A stretch of 64,000 bases of DNA from a virus. The stretch's first letter is position 1; every line of letters starts with the position of its first letter. The notes beneath the pieces were generated by a model that was not told the origin of the DNA, did no database searches, and worked only from the letters and a program-made list of their open reading frames with translations. Shown here piece by piece: positions 35,766-45,793 of this stretch. The stretch spans positions 3,046 to 67,045 of the IMG/VR virus record IMGVR_UViG_3300027985_000557; one strand, given 5' to 3'. The position numbers and the translations under genes are program-made.

Positions 35766-36235
35766 TATGCATGCTCCCACACAAAGGTTAATCCGTCGTT
35801 GACCATGTTGATCGTCCCTTCCAGAACGGTACGGGCAACCCACAGGCGCACGTAGCTTCCTGCTGGAATAACCGGACAAATCAGGCGCGAATCAACAGTG
35901 TAGGCGGCAAAGCTGCCGGTTATCGGAGGGGCAGTAGTCTCGTTCGGGATAGAAGTCACCGAGTCTATCGGGGAGTCTTCCAGCCCAAAGAGCGCATCCG
36001 TACCCGGGCTTGGGGTGCCAGAACAGTAGATGGTAACATTGTGCGCTTCATCATCACCAGAATTTAATATGTCAACCGCGCGATATTCGATACCACCAGC
36101 CGAGGATTCAGCAGGAAGCACGTCATCAAAGAGGTTGTTGATTGGTACATCCGAAAGCTGTTCTTCCGAAGCGGCCCCGCCCAAGCTCATGCCATTCGTA
36201 AGCGCGCTCAAATGAAGTTCAAGAACGGAGGGCAT
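35765..36235 (-). CDS. Virion structural protein
   Basis: SLGG...NNLFDDV...G.EYR...LWVART pattern common in fibre modules. Confidence 0.6.
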   Translation of the reverse strand: MPSVLELHLSALTNGMSLGGAASEEQLSDVPINNLFDDVLPAESSAGGIEYRAVDILNSGDDEAHNVTIYCSGTPSPGTDALFGLEDSPIDSVTSIPNETTAPPITGSFAAYTVDSRLICPVIPAGSYVRLWVARTVLEGTINMVNDGLTFVWEHA

Positions 36236-36253
36236 TACTATTCTCCTTGCTGG

Positions 36254-37507
36254 TTAATTATCAATCACGACAGTTCTGCTTTCTGCCACAATGCGCACTA
36301 TTCTGCTTTCTGTCGCGATGCGTATTGTTCGGTTATCTTCTGCGACCACAACCATTCTGACAGCAATCGGAGTGGATACGCGGACTATCCCGACATTCCA
36401 CAACGATTGCTTTTCCTTCTTTATACGGATGTTCCATACAGATCCCCGTGTATTCAACAAATGAATATTCCATCGAGATGTATGGCTGCTCCGTGTGCCT
36501 ATATTCCAGTTAGCCTGATGTTCTGTTTTTAGGGTAATATTCCAGGCACTACCGGTACTATTCTGTACCTTGATGTCCCATCCTGTCGCCTTTGTTTTTT
36601 GAACAAGGTTGTTCCAGTACGCCCCCTGCTGACGTGCGGTATAAATATTCCATGAGGATTCTTTGGTACTCTTCGCTAAAACATTCCACTGTGATGCTGT
36701 AGCATCTGTTGTTCGCACATCCCAGCGGGAGTTAAGGGCATATGAAGTAAGTGAAGTAATAGCGAAGAATAATCGATTTTTCTTAAATATCTGGTATGGA
36801 TTATTTTCAAGTTCTTTTAGTTCATCATAAGAAAGAAGACGGTTATATAATAACTGCGGACCAAAGATTGCATTGAGTGGTTCGCCCAACCAATTGATGT
36901 TATGGTTTCCAAAGCAAAGGGTGGCCCCTGCTCCAAACGAAAGTGGCTGAGCCGAAATAATCTTATCGTACAGTCCGCCAAGTCTGCTATAAAACCTCGC
37001 TGTAGAGGGGCTAAATCCACCAGAGTATAAATTTATCTCAGTATTTATTTCGAGAGCGCCAGAACTTAGGGTAAAAGATTGATAAGAAGATGACGCAGTC
37101 GCTGAACCAATTTGCAATCCAGTAGAAGCGGCATTTCGACAAAGGCTACAGCCGTACGGCCAGTTCCAGTTAGAGGTAGAATATGGAATAGAGCAAAATG
37201 TAGCATAGGACGGACTATACGACAATATTCTGCTAAAACTAACAAAGTTGATTTCAGTAGTGATCTTATCGAGAACGCTAGGAGGCATGGTGATGTAAGC
37301 ACAATCATAGGAGCCGCCTCCCGTATAGAAAGTGCCATCATCGTTCATGCCAGCCGAGGTATAGAACATTAGCGCATTATTGGATATTCTGTCTAATCCA
37401 CCATCAACGAAAACGAGTAATCCAGAAGCTAACGGATGACTCCAGTCGATGAGTGCCCCATGCGGAGGGGGCACCCGCCACCTTGATTTACGGAATAGAC
37501 CTGCCAT
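36254..37507 (-). CDS. Fibre-like protein: LamG/concanavalin-like head plus 12-residue W(N/D) repeats
   Basis: IDWSHPLA.GL and YNRLLS..E...NPYQ; ten Trp at 12-residue spacing; AT-richer than the genome. Confidence 0.65.
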   Translation of the reverse strand: MAGLFRKSRWRVPPPHGALIDWSHPLASGLLVFVDGGLDRISNNALMFYTSAGMNDDGTFYTGGGSYDCAYITMPPSVLDKITTEINFVSFSRILSYSPSYATFCSIPYSTSNWNWPYGCSLCRNAASTGLQIGSATASSSYQSFTLSSGALEINTEINLYSGGFSPSTARFYSRLGGLYDKIISAQPLSFGAGATLCFGNHNINWLGEPLNAIFGPQLLYNRLLSYDELKELENNPYQIFKKNRLFFAITSLTSYALNSRWDVRTTDATASQWNVLAKSTKESSWNIYTARQQGAYWNNLVQKTKATGWDIKVQNSTGSAWNITLKTEHQANWNIGTRSSHTSRWNIHLLNTRGSVWNIRIKKEKQSLWNVGIVRVSTPIAVRMVVVAEDNRTIRIATESRIVRIVAESRTVVIDN

Positions 37508-37508
37508 G

Positions 37509-37865
37509 CTATATGCTCGTAAGTTCGTGTCCCACGCATTCGACAGTAACGCTTTGCCCGGTGTTACCGGAGAAGATAGCTCTGGCGTACATGAACTCTT
37601 CAGAAATAGAGAATGGAATATCCTTTACGGCGTTAGCTGCCACAGAAGCAGTAACGCTGAATAATTTACGCCATGTCACGCTGTCGTTGCTTACTTCGAC
37701 AGTAAACGTACAACCAATCGTCGGCCCAGTAGCTCCGTTCGTGATACGGGCCACACCGCCCAGGCCGAAAGCCGTGGTAAGGTCTATGGCGCTCCCTGTC
37801 GTAGTGGCACCGGCCGCATTCGTCGCGGAAGCCTGGAGAACCCGAGCGGTCTTTACGATAGCCAT
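37509..37865 (-). CDS. Virion structural protein, beta-rich
   Basis: GGAGG RBS; VEVSND..TW; in fibre module. Confidence 0.6.
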   Translation of the reverse strand: MAIVKTARVLQASATNAAGATTTGSAIDLTTAFGLGGVARITNGATGPTIGCTFTVEVSNDSVTWRKLFSVTASVAANAVKDIPFSISEEFMYARAIFSGNTGQSVTVECVGHELTSI

Positions 37866-37932
37866 CGTGTTTTCCTCCTATTCAGAATTGCCCATATGCA
37901 CTTTTGCGTAAAAGCACAACCTAAAATGACAA

Positions 37933-38316
37933 CTAGACAGGAGTTGGAACAAAATAGCTGTTTTCAGGAACCATCTTGTAGACACCCTGGTCTGCCTTGC
38001 AGTAGAACATATAGCCTTCAAACAACGTGAAGAACTTCCATTCTTCGGCGTGAGTGTCATAGACGGCAAGTTCGCGATCATGCCCCACCCAGGCCCCGGT
38101 AGCATCGACGGCCACATAGTAGGCCACACAATCATCAGGGGCCACGGCCGGCGGCTCGGTGAGCGTGATGCTTTCGACCACCCGTTTCAGGATGGGAAGC
38201 AAGAGGTTCAAGCTGGCCGTGTTGGCCGAGAGGACGGTATTCCAGTTGGTCTGCCCGGAGAACAGCAGTTCCAAACGGTTGATGTCGAAAAGACCGGAAA
38301 GAGCGATAGCGGACAT
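37933..38316 (-). CDS. DUF2793-like tail-associated protein
   Basis: PP..P.D...Y.V...ATGAW.GH...LA......W.F. Confidence 0.7.
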   Translation of the reverse strand: MSAIALSGLFDINRLELLFSGQTNWNTVLSANTASLNLLLPILKRVVESITLTEPPAVAPDDCVAYYVAVDATGAWVGHDRELAVYDTHAEEWKFFTLFEGYMFYCKADQGVYKMVPENSYFVPTPV

Positions 38317-38325
38317 GGTGTTCTC

Positions 38326-39351
38326 CTAGTTGGTGAAGTAAGTGCCGTCTTCGGCCGGGACGTCCAAAACGATCGGGTCAGATTCCATACCGTTGTCCCG
38401 CTGCCACACCTTTACCGTGGCCGCCCCAGCCGCGCTAGCGTCCATGTACGGCTCAAAATGGAGGCGTTTCGGGGCATCATTGACGCTATAAGCAAAGTGC
38501 CCGGTAAAGTAGGGCGGGTCAAGGTCCACGGAGATTTCCGGGGATAGGTTGCCGGCCCCGCCGTAGCCCCGGACACGCGGAATCCAGGACAGGGACAAGG
38601 TGCTTCCGGTGCGGATGGCCTGGAGACGCGCCGGGCGCAGGGGGTTGCGGCTCTTGTCATGGATGACCATTTTGATTGGTTCTATGTCCGTGCCGTCCAT
38701 GGGGTTGCCCAGGTAGTTCATGGGCACCACTTTGAAGTAGAATGTGCCCGTCCCTGCCAAGGCGTAGGTACATCCGGCCGTCAAGCCGCCCATGACCGGC
38801 GTTCCAGCCGCGTGCGCTTGGATTGGGGTGTTGAACAGCCCCCGCACGACCTTTGTGAGGTGGTAGTCACTGGAACCGATTGGAGTTGCCCCACCGAAAC
38901 CAAAGATTTCATCGTCGATGCATACGAACCGCACGGGCGTCTGACGAAATAGATCAGCGTCAGAAATGGGGCCGAAGGCCGTGTCATCCGTAGCCCCGCC
39001 CACATAGAGGCCGTGGTCTTTGTCGTAGTGGAACGCATTGATGGGGTATGGGGCCGTGAGCATGCCGTAAAGCCCAAAGGCGTGCATAGTGGCGATGACG
39101 GAAAAGCCCTGATCAGGTAAAGATGACATGAGAATCTGTGCGCCAGTCTGGCCCTCGTCACTTTTGGCGAACAAAAAGGCAAGGCTCGACAGCCCGTCTC
39201 CGATGTCTTGGTCTAGCTCAATGATGTTGACCTGCTCAAACGGCACGTTCACTACTTCCGAGAGCGTCGGCATAGTGGTCATGCGTGTTGGGGCCGGAGC
39301 GGCATGAGCCGCCATAGCGAGGGCGAGTGCCGGAGAAGTAGGAGTCGTCAT
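38326..39351 (-). CDS. Tail tip/host-attachment protein, C-terminal part
   Basis: IDDEI, Y.L....RGLF.T....H.AG, LSWIPR.R as in GTA-type tip C-termini. Confidence 0.65.
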   Translation of the reverse strand: MTTPTSPALALAMAAHAAPAPTRMTTMPTLSEVVNVPFEQVNIIELDQDIGDGLSSLAFLFAKSDEGQTGAQILMSSLPDQGFSVIATMHAFGLYGMLTAPYPINAFHYDKDHGLYVGGATDDTAFGPISDADLFRQTPVRFVCIDDEIFGFGGATPIGSSDYHLTKVVRGLFNTPIQAHAAGTPVMGGLTAGCTYALAGTGTFYFKVVPMNYLGNPMDGTDIEPIKMVIHDKSRNPLRPARLQAIRTGSTLSLSWIPRVRGYGGAGNLSPEISVDLDPPYFTGHFAYSVNDAPKRLHFEPYMDASAAGAATVKVWQRDNGMESDPIVLDVPAEDGTYFTN

Positions 39352-39354
39352 GAG

Positions 39355-39873
39355 TTACTCCAATACGAGAACGCTGTCATGCGCGTCGCGCCAGTAGACC
39401 TCGCGCATCCACGCGTGGGTCGGATCGGGTTTAACGATGAACTCGTCGTACCCGTCTATCTCCTGAAGAACTGCTGTGTTCGCCTTGTTCGTGAAGAAAA
39501 ACAACATGGGACACCCGCGCGCCCACCCGGGAATGCGCATGATCTCATTTATGATCGGGGACAAGCTGGGAGTGTAGACCACCTGTTCCATATCCCACAG
39601 GTCGTCGGAAGTAAGAATCCAATCGACCTTCGCGTTGGTGCGCGGGGCGGCAATTGCCTCGGCGGCATTGGCCGGGGCCTTCGCTCTGGGCAAGGCGCAC
39701 CCGCGAATCTGAATGTGCATGGGGGCGCAGCCGTTTACCGACGTCATCATGCGGATGCGTGTCTCAATCCCATTCACAGCCTTGTAGTACGTGAACACTC
39801 CGCCGCCAACAGAGATCTCGGGCCAAGACAGGGTCGTGAGGCCCATGACGTTTCCTATATCACCGAGATTCAT
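39355..39873 (-). CDS. Hypothetical tail-region protein
   Basis: GGAAGG RBS before 39873; lies between the two tip halves. Confidence 0.55.
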   Translation of the reverse strand: MNLGDIGNVMGLTTLSWPEISVGGGVFTYYKAVNGIETRIRMMTSVNGCAPMHIQIRGCALPRAKAPANAAEAIAAPRTNAKVDWILTSDDLWDMEQVVYTPSLSPIINEIMRIPGWARGCPMLFFFTNKANTAVLQEIDGYDEFIVKPDPTHAWMREVYWRDAHDSVLVLE

Positions 39874-39874
39874 A

Positions 39875-41362
39875 TTACCACCTTCCCGTAGGTTCTTCGC
39901 TCGTAAGCGAAAGGTTCTCAAGATCTTCGAAGAAGATTGTGGTGGAATCCGCTTCGATTTCAACAGTGCCTTCGTCAAATGGGTTGATGGACACGCTTTT
40001 GACCATAAACGCGCCCTTGACGCCATTCACACTGTTCTCAAATACCCAAACCTCGCCTGGAAGTATATGGGCAGCGCGCAAGGAGCACGTACAGTTGAGC
40101 GTCCACGACATGTCCGCCAAAGAGGCCCCGATGTAGTAGGCGTAGAACATGGCTGTGACGTAGTCCGTGAACCGCGTCAGATCAATGGTGACCGGGCAGG
40201 GGGCACCGCCTTTGAGGCGACGAACGTTCTCGTTGTAGAATGAAACAATCTGTTCTGAGTATTCCACGTTGTCGAGGTACTTGGCCCGGACCTCGGATGG
40301 CATGTCCCACACGTCCCTCGGTTTCATGCTGAATGCCGAGAAGTCGTCTTTGATGGTGCCGGCTACCGAGGCAAATTCAACCATGCTGTTCTTGAGTTGG
40401 AACTTACCGTCCTTGATGGCAAGGAAGGCGTAGAGGTTCTCAAGAGCCTTGGCTATGAGGTCGCCGCATGATTCTTGTGACGTTATGGACATGTTAATCA
40501 TCGGCGTGGGCCAGCCGTTATTCTCGACCCCTTCCGGGTTGGCGAACTGCCGGGCCATGGCCTCAAAAGAGGGCACGTCAATCTGTCCATCGGCCACACC
40601 GGCCCGCTTGAGAAGATCATACACGACGTTCGCAGGATTGGCCCCCTTGCTGGCATCGGTATAATCCGCGGTCCAGGGGGCAAAGGGGATGCACATGACG
40701 CTGAACTCGTAGCTCGGCGTGCGCCAGCCGTCCTTGCTGATGTAGTTCACGCAATTGACAGTGGCGATGCCTTCCAGCAAAAGCGGGTACTGGATGCCCG
40801 AGATGCCCATGGACTGCGGAGCCGTGTTGCCCACGCCTGTGTTGATGAACGTGGCGACCGCCCCGAACACGTTGGTCAGCATGCCCGTGGAGGAGTCAAT
40901 GTAATAGAACATGGTGTTGACACCGACGTTCGACCCATCTTTCCACATGTTGGTGATGGCGACAGGAGAGGGAACTGCCGTGTAGGTTTCGCCGTCATCA
41001 GCTAGTGATTCGGACCATGAATTACCGCACAAGGCCACGGCCAACCAGAGGGAAACGAAGTAGTAGTACCCGGCCACATAGCTGGAAGATCCACCACTGG
41101 ACCCCTTGCCGCCGGATGCAGTTGATCCCATGTAGGGCATGATGAAGTAGCCCCCATACCAGATGTACGTGGGGGCAAGGCGGCAGCTCCCATAAGCGAT
41201 GGGCACGGGCGTCCCTTCGGTGGTTGTTGCCACCTGAAGGTTCGCGAGGCTGTCCGGCTGCGGCGTTTCCGTCTTAGTTGAAGAGGAACTCTTTTTGGAC
41301 AGGAGTTTGGCACCGATTGAGATGCCTACCCCAACGACGCCGACAACGGCTCCAACACCCAT
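39875..41362 (-). CDS. Tail tip (hub, gpJ-like) protein, N-terminal part
   Basis: EG.PVPIAYG..R, GGKG, ANPA.VVYDLL, L.PG.V. Confidence 0.75.
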   Translation of the reverse strand: MGVGAVVGVVGVGISIGAKLLSKKSSSSTKTETPQPDSLANLQVATTTEGTPVPIAYGSCRLAPTYIWYGGYFIMPYMGSTASGGKGSSGGSSSYVAGYYYFVSLWLAVALCGNSWSESLADDGETYTAVPSPVAITNMWKDGSNVGVNTMFYYIDSSTGMLTNVFGAVATFINTGVGNTAPQSMGISGIQYPLLLEGIATVNCVNYISKDGWRTPSYEFSVMCIPFAPWTADYTDASKGANPANVVYDLLKRAGVADGQIDVPSFEAMARQFANPEGVENNGWPTPMINMSITSQESCGDLIAKALENLYAFLAIKDGKFQLKNSMVEFASVAGTIKDDFSAFSMKPRDVWDMPSEVRAKYLDNVEYSEQIVSFYNENVRRLKGGAPCPVTIDLTRFTDYVTAMFYAYYIGASLADMSWTLNCTCSLRAAHILPGEVWVFENSVNGVKGAFMVKSVSINPFDEGTVEIEADSTTIFFEDLENLSLTSEEPTGRW

Positions 41363-41365
41363 GGC

Positions 41366-41875
41366 CTACTCCTTGTAGAGGCGATACACGTTCCCGATGC
41401 GGGCCGCCCAGGTCTTGGGGAATTTGATTTCGTCAACCTTGCCAAAAGACATGGCATGCACGATGGTATCGTTGCCCATGTATATGACGGCATGATTGTT
41501 TAGTTGATTGTGAGCGATCTGTAGAGTGACAATATCGCCCCGGTACAAGGGTTGGGTTACCCTGGTAGCCCTGAGCCCTGAAACGAGGTATTTTTGAATG
41601 TGTTTTTCCATGTAGGCCAGAATCAAATCATTGGCCCCGTTGATGAACCAATCGGCGTGGTAGTAGGTGTAGTTCAGGTGGGTGATGAGTCCCAGCTCTT
41701 TGAAGATGCTACCCACCAGTAAAGAGCAGTCCACACCCCGGCCCTTGGCGGCGACACAATGCCGGAACGGGGTGCCGATCCAGGAAAGGGTTTCCTTCGC
41801 AAACCGTTGCCATTCGGCTTCATCGGCAAGGAACGGCATGGGGGCCATCCCTTCCGTGATTACGAGGTCTTCCAT
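41366..41875 (-). CDS. NlpC/P60 tail-associated peptidase
   Basis: WIGTPF.H...GVDCS, NHAVIY, IVHA. Confidence 0.88.
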   Translation of the reverse strand: MEDLVITEGMAPMPFLADEAEWQRFAKETLSWIGTPFRHCVAAKGRGVDCSLLVGSIFKELGLITHLNYTYYHADWFINGANDLILAYMEKHIQKYLVSGLRATRVTQPLYRGDIVTLQIAHNQLNNHAVIYMGNDTIVHAMSFGKVDEIKFPKTWAARIGNVYRLYKE

Positions 41876-42783
41876 TAGAACATACCTTGCGTTGCGGGGT
41901 TCTTCGTCGGGAGTTCAGGGAACCCGAAAAAGTTGTTCATGTTCGCAAACTTCGTGGAACACGTCGTGATGGACTTGTCGCAGCCAGGGGCTATGATGAC
42001 ACGTTCGTCATCGTAGATTTTGCGGTCAAAGGCCGGGGCAATGGCTATCTGATCGCCGGCCTGCCAGTTAATCATACGGCGGTCACGTGAGGTATTCCAG
42101 TCCCCGATTACGATGCTGCCTCCGTAGAAGTAGGTTTCACCGAACGCACCAATCGACGGGTGGGTGAGTTCCCAATGGGTGTGCCCGGCCCAATAGTCGC
42201 TCATGGTGACATTCTGAAAATCGCCCCATTGGAGTTGCAGGCTGTAGTTCTGCCACAGAAGACCGCAGCGGCGTCCGAACAAGATGTTGTTACACATCTT
42301 TTGATAGACCACGTCGGGAAGCAGGCGGTCAAGAATGCGCCGGTCCTCACGAATTATGATGGAAACACCATCACCGTCGTACATGGTCGGAACACCTTCC
42401 CCGACAATCAAAACCTGATTCGCTTCCGGGGCGGTTATGTGCTGCCAGACAATGACCACGATGTAGTTATTGTTCACCTGCTTCAGTAAGAACTGCTGCG
42501 AGCCAGCAAGGCCTTCCAGGGTTACTTCCACCTGGGTATCGCGCGGATCCATAGTGCGGGTAATGGCCCCCCGGGTAATGCCGGCCGGGTAGGCGACGTA
42601 TGATCCACCAAGATTGGTCCCGCCAAACGGAATGTCGATGGAAAGAGAAATCTCACGACCATAAGATGTAAGCCACAGTGGCGCGACGTCGTCCGCGTTA
42701 CTGAACGCTTTGAAGAAACCAAAGCATTCGGCATACGTTTCGAGTTCTGTCTTCTGAACGTCAAAGTTCCACTGGTCGCCCAT
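41875..42783 (-). CDS. Tail tip protein, DUF2163/BR0599 (gpL-like, Fe-S Cys)
   Basis: C...LF...C and PGCDK...TC..KF.N..NF.GFP. Confidence 0.85.
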   Translation of the reverse strand: MGDQWNFDVQKTELETYAECFGFFKAFSNADDVAPLWLTSYGREISLSIDIPFGGTNLGGSYVAYPAGITRGAITRTMDPRDTQVEVTLEGLAGSQQFLLKQVNNNYIVVIVWQHITAPEANQVLIVGEGVPTMYDGDGVSIIIREDRRILDRLLPDVVYQKMCNNILFGRRCGLLWQNYSLQLQWGDFQNVTMSDYWAGHTHWELTHPSIGAFGETYFYGGSIVIGDWNTSRDRRMINWQAGDQIAIAPAFDRKIYDDERVIIAPGCDKSITTCSTKFANMNNFFGFPELPTKNPATQGMF

Positions 42784-42785
42784 GG

Positions 42786-43625
42786 TTACTCCGATTGGTG
42801 GTATGAGTCCGAAATGCCCGAGACTACCTGGAACGAGGCGCTAATCTCGATAGCGCGACCAGAAAGATCCAACCGATTGATATTGCTAATCCAGTTTTCG
42901 GTTAAACCGGAGGCAAACGTCCATCGGCGAACACGGCTTACCATGAAGATGTCTTTGTAAGCTATATCAATCGGGAAAGGCTCTGTCAACATAAGGAAGG
43001 AGTCCGCGTTGCACGACGCGATGGGCCTCACATATTGATCGCCATTCTTTTTTCTGACGAACAAGGCTTGGTCGTTCCAACCAAGCTCCGGCCGCATCCA
43101 TTCAGGAAACACACGGCGCAGCCCATTTGGGTACATGCGGATCTTAGGATCGCCACCTGTAATACCTTCCGTGCAGGCAAACTCTTCGATCCACACAGGC
43201 ATCCAGAACTCATGCACCTTGCCAAAGGCATAATCGCAGTGAAAATGCCGGATGTACTCGCGGACAGAGTGATCCACACATTCCCACAAATAGGTGACGC
43301 TAAATCTGTTCTCCTGGCAGTACCGGGTACGGTTCTCGAAGCCAGCGTAGGTAGAGATACTGACGGCATGATCCATGCCAAACTTGATGGCCGGTACGTC
43401 ATACAATTTGGGCATGATCATAAGACTAAGACCGTCGTAGGGAAAGACGTAGTCTTCCACGTAGGGTCGCCAGCGGAACGTGCCATTGTCTTGGAATACC
43501 GTAATAGACGGGAAGATGGTCTGTTCCATCTCCCCGCTAAACATATTCGCATCCGGAGCGAGCGTCACATAGGTGGAACCGCCGCCGAAAATAGATGTTA
43601 GTCGTGCTTTTTCGTCAAGAGCCAT
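42786..43625 (-). CDS. Distal tail-like protein
   Basis: G.E.R, GK...FW.P.W; position between TMP and the gpL-like gene. Confidence 0.55.
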   Translation of the reverse strand: MALDEKARLTSIFGGGSTYVTLAPDANMFSGEMEQTIFPSITVFQDNGTFRWRPYVEDYVFPYDGLSLMIMPKLYDVPAIKFGMDHAVSISTYAGFENRTRYCQENRFSVTYLWECVDHSVREYIRHFHCDYAFGKVHEFWMPVWIEEFACTEGITGGDPKIRMYPNGLRRVFPEWMRPELGWNDQALFVRKKNGDQYVRPIASCNADSFLMLTEPFPIDIAYKDIFMVSRVRRWTFASGLTENWISNINRLDLSGRAIEISASFQVVSGISDSYHQSE

Positions 43626-43634
43626 GACCGCCCC

Positions 43635-44732
43635 CTATTTTGGGGAAAACGGGTAATCAAGGACCGGGAGATAATAATCCGGAGTATCAATCACATAATT
43701 TGTGACCCTATGATCGACATACGAGCAAACCCCTGTCCCTACATCACCCATCGCAACCCAGATATCTGCCCAATCGAGCATAGGCCACGTCTTGATTATA
43801 TCGAAATTGATGAAATCGGCCGTTGCAACAAGGTTAGTCCCAAGATATGAATCCATGTCTGATTGTGTTACAATCATGAATTTGCCGTTCTGCTGTACGA
43901 AATGATGGGCCGCATTCATACCTAAAAAGTTGTAGGGTGTCGCACTGTTCATACAAGTCATTCGTGGTTGCTTCACTGGATCAGCATCGTACGCCCATGT
44001 TTTTTCAATCGTCCACGTCGTCGCCGCCAAGGCTGGGGTGCTACTCAAAAGGCAACATTGCCCCCGTCGTAAATCTGGAAGAGGATACGTCTGTTTTGAC
44101 ACTGCGACGTAGAGCTTACCGTTGGCCGGAATTACCGGAGACGTATCGGCATATCCTGACACTGGAAGAATAGGTGTTCCTTTATTCGCATACGATGTCC
44201 ATTGCGTGGCATCTGGAACATAAAGTTGCCCCGCGTAAGACCACATATTTATGCTACAACCTGGAATCTCATTATAAAATCCATGAAATTCCATATTCGT
44301 CTTTCGTTCAAGAGGGAGTGTGTTACCCACAATGTTCGACATATTTCCAATGTGCAGGCCCGCCAGAGACATAAGACAAATGTATTGCCCCCAAAATCCA
44401 ACGAAAAGAAAGGCGTTATTCCAATTGCCATCAGTAGAAGCCGAAATACCGAGTTTAATTGGTTCACTCCAATGGACCCCGTCCTGTGATCTAATCAAAT
44501 AACTGCCGAGGGCGTATTTTCTATCCTGCACACAGGACAGAGAGAAGTAATACCATCCGTCGTGGTATAAGGCATTCTTAAGGCTGTAGGACATGACCAT
44601 ACCATCAAGATCGAGTACCGTAGTCCAGTTCTCAAGATCCTTGGTTGTCTGAACCCTAAAACGAAATTTGTCGTAGATACCATTCGCACCATAGAATAGT
44701 GTTGTGCCGGCGACTAGGTTTCTATCAAGCAT
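43635..44732 (-). CDS. Putative receptor-binding, beta-propeller-like tail protein
   Basis: Asp-box-like TTKDLENW, SQDGVHW, TADFINF; AT-richer. Confidence 0.55.
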   Translation of the reverse strand: MLDRNLVAGTTLFYGANGIYDKFRFRVQTTKDLENWTTVLDLDGMVMSYSLKNALYHDGWYYFSLSCVQDRKYALGSYLIRSQDGVHWSEPIKLGISASTDGNWNNAFLFVGFWGQYICLMSLAGLHIGNMSNIVGNTLPLERKTNMEFHGFYNEIPGCSINMWSYAGQLYVPDATQWTSYANKGTPILPVSGYADTSPVIPANGKLYVAVSKQTYPLPDLRRGQCCLLSSTPALAATTWTIEKTWAYDADPVKQPRMTCMNSATPYNFLGMNAAHHFVQQNGKFMIVTQSDMDSYLGTNLVATADFINFDIIKTWPMLDWADIWVAMGDVGTGVCSYVDHRVTNYVIDTPDYYLPVLDYPFSPK

Positions 44733-45789
44733 CGTTTAACCCATATATCCAATCAGTTGAAACGGCTACTTCGGTGTACCCCGGATAATTAGGATCGGAT
44801 GGATCAGTAATCTCCGGGGGCACATAGGGCACAGGGCCGGGCTTGACATAGCCACGCGGGCTTCTAGCGGGGCGACCTTCCCGAACAGTCAAGGAGCCAC
44901 TAAGCGTTTTGCGATTTACGAGGTCCGGGGAAGAGTCACCGACCCACCCAATGAGCACCGGGAACATAGCGAATCGGCCGCGCGTGTAGGGAATAGGAGC
45001 AGCAGGAAAAACAGTCATGGAGCCAAGGTGAGGAGCGACGTTTGTGGTTGAGTCATCATTTAAGGCTACGATCTTGTGAAAACACCCGTACTTCCCCGCC
45101 CCGTCCATGACGAACACGTATTCCGAATGATAAAGGTGGTACTCCGGTTCGGTACTGAAATACAGATCAGTCTCCCCGGCGGCAATGTCGCAGGAGAACC
45201 GATACATCTCAGGGAACAAAGGCACCGCCACTACAAAACGATCAGTGTTCTCCATGATATGGAGGAATGGAAACTGTTCGATGTAGGGCACCACGTAGTC
45301 AAACGTGTACGTGCGGAACGGTAGCTCGTAGTCGTTTTGCCGCTGTTCCACATGCGTGGCCGACCGGGTGCTATGTCCCTTAAATTCGCTGATTATCTGC
45401 GCGGTAGGGCGCTGTCCGAGGCCACACGGCAAGAGCGGAAGTTGCATGCCCAAGCCGCCGTAGTACTCGAACATGAAGATGTCTTGTCCCGAGGGTAGCC
45501 CAGGCTGCGGGGCAGGTGCCACTTCTTCTATCGTAAAGTCAGCGGAAAAGGAGGCCCCGAACACTCCGGTTTCGTACATCCGTTTGTTCGTATCGACTAC
45601 GGATGTACTGAAAAAAACCCCAAACTTCGGGGCATGCACAAGGAGGGAACGCGAGGTATCGACGTCGGCCGAGAAGGTGGCCCCGAACAGGCCACCTTCC
45701 TTAGTCTCGTCGATTCCCGGGACGTTACCGGTCTCGATTTCCGCCGAAACGGTTACCGGGAGGTCAAGGGAGACATCGACGTCTGCCAT
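44725..45789 (-). CDS. Minor tail protein
   Basis: EQR...P.R.Y.FDY distal-tail-like segment; tail operon. Confidence 0.55.
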   Translation of the reverse strand: MADVDVSLDLPVTVSAEIETGNVPGIDETKEGGLFGATFSADVDTSRSLLVHAPKFGVFFSTSVVDTNKRMYETGVFGASFSADFTIEEVAPAPQPGLPSGQDIFMFEYYGGLGMQLPLLPCGLGQRPTAQIISEFKGHSTRSATHVEQRQNDYELPFRTYTFDYVVPYIEQFPFLHIMENTDRFVVAVPLFPEMYRFSCDIAAGETDLYFSTEPEYHLYHSEYVFVMDGAGKYGCFHKIVALNDDSTTNVAPHLGSMTVFPAAPIPYTRGRFAMFPVLIGWVGDSSPDLVNRKTLSGSLTVREGRPARSPRGYVKPGPVPYVPPEITDPSDPNYPGYTEVAVSTDWIYGLNDA

Positions 45790-45793
45790 GGGA

